Shown here in pieces: positions 57,401-64,000 of a stretch of 64,000 bases of DNA. The notes under the pieces are model-generated. The model was not told where the DNA came from. It saw nothing but the letters and a program-made list of their open reading frames with translations, and did not search any database. Source of the DNA: the human T2T-CHM13v2.0 reference genome, Homo sapiens; the NCBI RefSeq assembly GCF_009914755.1, contig NC_060926.1. One strand, written 5' to 3'. A program made the position numbers and the translations under genes. Position 1 is the stretch's first letter. The number at the start of each line of letters is the position of its first letter.

Positions 57401-60400
57401 ACTCTCAATGGGTGTTCCATACGCCCTTCCCTTACTGAAGATATCTATAAAGTATTTAATACTGCTTCTGACTCACAATAAGTGCTCTATAAATGACAAC
57501 TGCCTTTGTTGTTTTCCTTGTAATTATAATTACTTTTCTTTTTTGTGATTTATCACTTGCATCAAACCTCACAAGCAGATAGGGATTGAAGATCTGAAAG
57601 GCCAACATGGAACTCCTTGAATTTCTTATTTTTCATGGGTTTTCCTAGACCCTGACAAGAGGTGGTTCTCTCCTGCCCCAAGAAATTCAAAGCTTTCCAC
57701 ATCCCACCCTTCGCTGGTGGCAAGACTTCAATAATTACTTCAGCCTTCGGACTCCATTGTGCAGGAGAACCTGTTAGAAGCTCTTCCTCTGTGGCTTCTG
57801 AAGAACCATCAAGATGCACAGGACTTCCTGTGGCTCTTTTGATCTTTTGAAATTGCAAGCACAGGAAGGAAAGAATGGATAGGGGGATAAAGAATAGCTA
57901 TGATTGTTGTGATAATAGCATGTTGCATTTCTATAGAGCCCTTTCGCTGATGAGCCCTGAGCCTTAACAGCCATCACACTGTTGGCCCCTGCACTGTGAA
58001 CCTAGAGGGTACCTTGAGTTTTTCTAGTGCTGCCAAACAGAATTGCATTGACACATACCTTAATCAAGAGAGAAGCAAGCCGTGTTGGCAACTGTGCATC
58101 ACAGTCGATGTGGTGGTCATCCATGGGATGCCCCTAATAGCATCTGTAATTTTCAAGTAGATGTTGGGTGTAATTTGGTGACCCTTGTCTGTTCCCACTG
58201 TTGGAAGCCCCATAACTGATCTGATGAAAGCATAAAGTGAAGAAGAGTGGCGAGACCCTTTGTGAGATACCTGGAGCTGAAGAGTCAGGTGTGGAATGGA
58301 CAAGAATGTTATCCACTTCTAAGTGACCTTGTTTTTTCTAATTTCTTAAGAAATACCTGTTTGCTTGACTGCCTTAGGCTGTTTGCAGGGGCCACTTGTA
58401 CGTCAGCAAAACTCTTACTAGATGACATCACTGCCAGAAGTTCCACATGTTTCCAGGAGGCACATTTCCCACTGCCCCCACTCCCCCGAACTTGGAAAGA
58501 TTCCTCAGTTTTAAAGTTATAAGTAATTTCCATGCCAGATAATGATCCTGTGAACAGATCCTTTTCTCATGTGGAAAAATATTTCAGAAAGGGTGTCTTG
58601 TCAATGAGAAAAATGACCCCATTGAAACATATGTTTATTTGCCATGTACTCATCTGACGTTTTGTGAATTCTATAAAGCCATGGAAGTGGATTGTTAGAA
58701 GTGTCTCATACACCCCTAGTGACTTCTTGAACTATCCCCCCCATCCCCAGCCATGGAACTCTCCTATTAAAAAAACTAAGAGATAAGTGGTAGCAATCTT
58801 AACAAATTAGTGATTTTATCTGGTTAGGCCGTGTAATCAAACACGTGGGCAGGAAAGTGGATCCATTATGTTGTACTCATGATTGTGGTGCTGAAGGTAA
58901 CCCCCATTGCCCTGTAGGCTGCCCCCAGAAGCAGGGGGTACAGCCAATAGTATTCTTAGAAGTTAATCAATTCTGTAACGGGTTGAGTGTTTTGGTCTCA
59001 TTTTTAGTCCGAGGTGCCCTGATGCTGGCCTGTGACTAAGGGGAGTCAGTGGCTTGTTATGAATAAGAGGACACATGAGCTGAATCTGAGAAAGTTCAGA
59101 AGCATTTTATAAGTTGTTTAAAATACATCCATTAAAGTATATGATTATTTTTTGGTAATCATTTAAATCATTGTGCTGTGTGTCTACCCAGACAGTATTT
59201 ATCTGTCTCTCGATGTTGTATTAGTATAGTATTAAAAAAATACACACATTTCACTTTTGATAAAAACTTTGCATACTGTCACTACTTTGTATAAGTTTTT
59301 TCCTGACTGCCTCTGGTTAGGGGGCAGGGAGCAAGAAGACCAGCATGCTTTCCTTCCTTTATATTTGGGAAATGGAGGTGCTGAGAGAAACAAGCCACAC
59401 TGTCTGAAGTAAAACCTAGAAGTGGACCTGGTTGTCCATGGTGAGGGAAAGCCCATATGTACCACCTTGGGCTCCAGTTACAAGGTAATGAGCCATGAGC
59501 ACAAAAGGGTGACTCAAAATTCAATGCCAGCCATTCTCATTACTAATGAGCAATTACAGCAAATATTTACAGGCCTCCTTCCTACCTTTATGACTTCCTG
59601 TTACTGAAGCACTTTGGAGTATTGAGAAAGATTGTCCTGGAAAAATACGTCACACACAGTTGCAGGAAAGAGTGCCTTTAAGCACACATAAAAACTCGGT
59701 TACTTGGCTTTGTTTATGAATTCCACATAGAAACAACAGAAAATTGTGCCTTTTGAGGAACTGCTTGAGAATCCTTCCTTCTGCATTTCAAGACAAGATT
59801 TTAAAAATCACATATATCAAATATATGGGGAAATGAGACACAATGTTTTTAGAGAGTGTCTAGAAATAATAGGACTGTGCAAGTTAGTACAGCAAAATTT
59901 TGGGTCAAAGCATGGGTCATTTGACAAACTCTCTTTATGAACATTACCTCTGCAATATTTTTCTAAATGAAAACAATCACACTTAATAGAATTAATCAGG
60001 ATGGGAGCTAGAAGCATATAATTCACTTTCCACAGATTGGAGTAAATCCTCATAATGCCCCTTTCCTGTGTATTTAGTTAAAAAAGCACTCCAGTGAGAT
60101 TGCTTTCGCAGTAAGTTTCTGTAAACCACTGTACCCTTGTATTTCTCTCCTGTGTTTCCAAGAGTTCTCAGATGCTATTTTCGAATGGCAGCGTTCACTC
60201 CAGAGCTGGCTGAGGTCAACGAAGCTAATTTTGGTGCCTTGGTGCCCAGGGTGAAGGGAGAGAGAAGTCCTCTGCAGAGCCAAAAGGACTCTCTGGGGCC
60301 TGGGTTTGGAGCAGTGTGGTGTTGCTGGACACACCACATTTCACCTTTAGAACCTTTATTTGTGTGCTTGCACAACAAATGTTTACCCAGATATTAAGAT

Positions 60401-63212
60401 AAGGAAAGTATGAAGGTCACATTTCACTGGTGACAAGAGAGCTTCTATAAATGTAACCATATCGTTGTGCAGCGGGAGTCTGTCTTTTATTCTGTACCCG
60501 GGACTTAGGGGGAATTATTGGTGGGTGGGGCATGGGAGTTGAGGCTCTTCTTGGTTTTCTGGCTTTCTTGCTATCACTCTGTTTGTCTTGCCTCAGCTGA
60601 TGTGCGCCTCCCATTTGGTAAGGGCCTTTGTCATGGCCAAGACATCTAAAGAAATCCTAGTCTGTGTGGCTGGGCACTGTGTGGTCCCCTGACTCTCTGG
60701 AGTCTTCCAGAGTTCCATGGAAATTAGTGCCCCCGTGCATTTCCCTGCCGACTGACTGGAAGGCACCCTGGCTGCTGAGATCGCTTTCCTGGTCCCCCAG
60801 AAGAGGTCCACATGGTGCTGATCCTGCAGCTGTTTTAGGCCTCCTCAGCGGGATTGTCCTATCCTCGGAGCACAGAGAATCTTCAGAGTGGGATAGGGGT
60901 TTCTTTTGTGGATTTGGGTTTCTCTTAGGGATCTCCAAAGATTAGCTAGACACTCAGGGCCTCAGTAAAGACATGGGTCCTTGGTCTAGTTTTCTTCCCA
61001 AGGGCAGCCACCATGGCAGTGGGAGTTCACCTTGCTGACTGCAAGGGACCCCACCTCACCTCTATCGCCCATTCACCATCATTCACTGTGCCTCCTGAGT
61101 TCCTAATACACAAGCCTCCTCCCACAGCCTCAAAGGCAGTGCTGCAGTACTCATTCCCACTTCTATTCCCTCACACTAGCTCCTCCATCTGGATGCTTTT
61201 CCCCTCTCTTCCTATTCAAATAGCTCCTACTTTTCTATTGTGAGCCCAGGCTTCCCGAAATCTTACACAAAATCACTAAGGGAGCGTAGAAATTTCCACA
61301 GTGGCACTCCCACTCCCTGCATTACTAGCTTTTGGTTGTTTGCCAAAGAGCCTGCTTATATTTCCTTGTTATCTAATGACACTTTATTTGTTTTTGCCTT
61401 TCTAACAATATAGCATGTTCCTGAAGGCCAAGGATGTCTGATTTTCTGATGTGCCCTAATACCTTGCTTGCTTTTTTTTGGGGGGGGGGGGCTCTGAAAT
61501 CATGCTTAGTTTTTTAAAAAAAATAATAGAATTGCTTTGTTCATGTCCCTTGGGTTACTTGGAAAGCCTGCCTCACAAGCTCTGCTTTCTTTATTCATGT
61601 AGATTTGACCCCTTTACTTATTTCCCTTTAAAAAGAAAGAAAAAGGAAAAGAAAAAATTTGGGGGACCACAGTCAGGTCTTATTGATACATAACTTTATA
61701 TCAGATGCAAACGTCAGGCTAGTATTATATCAGTGCTTCACTTCAAGAATGCCTTATACACTAATGTGAGTACAGCCAAACAGAATACTCCAGCTTAATC
61801 TCAACGTTAAAAGCAAGATGGGGAAGTTGTGCAAGAGGGCACTAGCTCTCAGTTCAGAGATCATCTTCCCTGGGAAGCCTTCCCTGATTAACTGCACATT
61901 GGTTACCCCTGTGTTTATAGATGGTCTTCAGTCTGTATTTTGTTATTTGTATGATGCTTTTACAACTTGCTTTTGAAGGTTGGGGGTGGCGTATGTCCCT
62001 GATCACCACTCAAGTGGTAAGCCCTTCAAGAGCAAAGACCCAGTCATTTTTTCCTGTTCTTTTTTCCCCACAGAAGTCAGAATAGAGGTCTCTTGAGGTG
62101 CTCAGTAATTATTTGTAGACTGAGTAATTCTGTCTATGTCAGGAACTTTGGGAGTTTGGTGTAGAGAACTGGAAGCACAGGTAGACACTTTGCTCACATC
62201 AACCTAACTTATCCTCATTGCTTATCCACCATGCGTAGAGCAGGGTTTGTGGGAATCATCACTGTGTGTAGATGTTTATAGGTTCCCTCCCAAATTCAGG
62301 TGCTATGCTGTACGGTGAGGTTACAAAGAGGCATTAGATGGACCCTGCACTCAGGATGTCCTAAAATGATTTGTTTAAGCAATATAAGATGATTTATGTT
62401 AATGGATGTCCAAGCTGCCTTTACAATGTTGCCATCTTGTTAGGAAGTCACAACCAACTCAGATAAAACATTGAGCAAACAATGGAAGATTGATAGTAAT
62501 TAAGTGAGAGTGAGTAAGGGTAAATAGATCTTGTGTGTTGGGAATAGTTAGGGAAGTGATTAGTGGAGATTAGAGGGAGGTTTATTGGAGGAGCATGAAG
62601 ACCTAGGTCTGTCTTGAAGATTAGGTAGAATTTGGATAGGCAGATGAGTATGGGGCATTCCATTTGAGGTGAATTGCGTAAGTAAAATGAGAAGGCAGCA
62701 ATAAACAGAGTGTGCAGGCCAGGACTGGTGAGCCAGTTCCTTCCAGGGCTGGATCTGGAGCTCTGTTAGCAGAAAGGAGATGAGGACCAGGCCTGGGCTG
62801 GTGTTGGGAAGTTTAGGGGCAGGCCTTCCTGAGTCATGTTGTGATGGAATCTTTGGGTTGCCTTGGGGCCATGGGAGCAGTGCATGCCTCTTCTGGCACA
62901 TGAGAAGCTGCTCAGGGCATCTCCATCATTAGCCCTCCAACCAGAAGCCTAGCTCTAGTGTGAGCATCAAGTGGGTGGTTGGAGGAGGCCATGATTTGTC
63001 TTCTATAATATTGACCTCAAAGCCTCCCCTGCTAGCCCTTAGTAAATCAGGCATGTGTGAATGTGCCCAAATCACTCTGATATATGTTTCTTTTTGGCCT
63101 GTACCACTTCTCAGGGTAATAAACGCCATGTCTGAGTCTCCTAGTGCATGGAGTGGGAGCTGGAAGAGGACAGCTTGCTGTATCCTAAAATAGCAGTGAC
63201 CCTCATCCCCAT

Positions 63213-63320
63213 GTTCTCTTTCTGATGGTAAAGACTTTGTCCCCCTCATTATTTGATAAGGTTCTCTTTCTGATGGTAAAGCCTTTGTCCCCCTCATTAT
63301 TTGATAAGGCTCTCATTCTG
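63213..63320. repeat. 48-bp tandem duplication (2 copies plus a partial)
   Basis: 63213-63260 and 63261-63308 differ at 1 base. Confidence 0.96.
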
Positions 63321-63905
63321 TCCCTTTCTCATTCTGGATTCTAGGTTTTTGAGTCTAACCATTATGGAAAGAGAACAGTCCCTTCAATATCCCACTATCT
63401 GTAGGGCATGACACAGCCAAATCCAAGTCAGACCATCCCTTTGATCAATTTCTACCAATAACTGTTCATTGCACACCCTGTACAAAGCACTGCGACCAAG
63501 CTGTTCCTTGACCTTCTCCTTTCCTAGTGTTTGGTCACAACACTCCCTAAAGCCCTAACTCAAGTTCTTGGGATGATACCACCAGAAGAGGGAAAAAAGG
63601 AGCCGTCTTCCTGAAGTCACCTGGGTAGAGCAGCTGGGGATTTTTCCCTCCTCGAGCAGGTGTAACCTTTCCCCTGGAGGAATTTAGAAACACTTAAAGT
63701 CATACCTGAACACTGTGGGCCAGGCCTTGGCCAGAGATCCCAAGTCACTGGAGAAGATTCCATTCCAGGGACCAGTAGAGGCCAGCGGGTCTCATCCAAG
63801 TCACTTTAGCTCATTCTGTCCACCGGTACTTTGAGGGAGGCTATATAACTCCTGAGTACTTTTGGCTTAGAATTTAACCTCACAATGACAACTGCGTGTT
63901 TGGCC

Positions 63906-64000
63906 TTTTTTTTTGAGACGGAGTCTCGCTCTGTTGCCCAGGCTGGAGTGCAGTGGCACGATCTTGGCTCACTGCAAGCTCTGCCTCCCAGGTTCACGCC
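63906..64000 (-). mobile_element. AluY-like, cut by the window end
   Basis: tttgagacggagtctcgctctg..ctgcaagctctgcctcccaggttcacgcc. Confidence 0.93.

Noticed and set aside
63213-63320. CRISPR-like array or other prokaryotic system
   Set aside because: Simple tandem duplication without spacers; the window is primate DNA with no cas, tRNA or rRNA genes seen.

Overview
Primate, apparently human, genomic DNA: about 50 kb of repeat-rich upstream sequence, then the CpG-island promoter, exon 1 and the first ~13 kb of intron 1 of EPAS1 (HIF-2alpha) on the + strand. Exon 1 has a ~510-nt 5'UTR with a canonical iron-responsive element (IRE) and 26 coding nt (MTADKEKK-R) ending at a GTAAGC donor. A decayed RPL36A/RPL36AL processed pseudogene lies on the - strand at ~9.9-10.2 kb. 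The rest is Alu, L1, L2, MIR, LTR and DNA-transposon remnants; almost all ORFs in the track are repeat-derived or GC-bias artefacts. No new protein-coding system is supported. Best leads: (1) a 226-bp, 97%-identical inverted duplication ~23-24 kb upstream, fused by TTC microhomology to a 35-bp direct copy and duplicating a perfect NF-E2/NRF2/BACH1 site; (2) three further local inverted copies (27, 42, 90 bp) within the same ~19 kb; (3) the only upstream AUG of the 5'UTR lies inside the IRE stem and opens a 48-aa uORF. Gene and repeat names come from recognition, not database searches; repeat boundaries are approximate.
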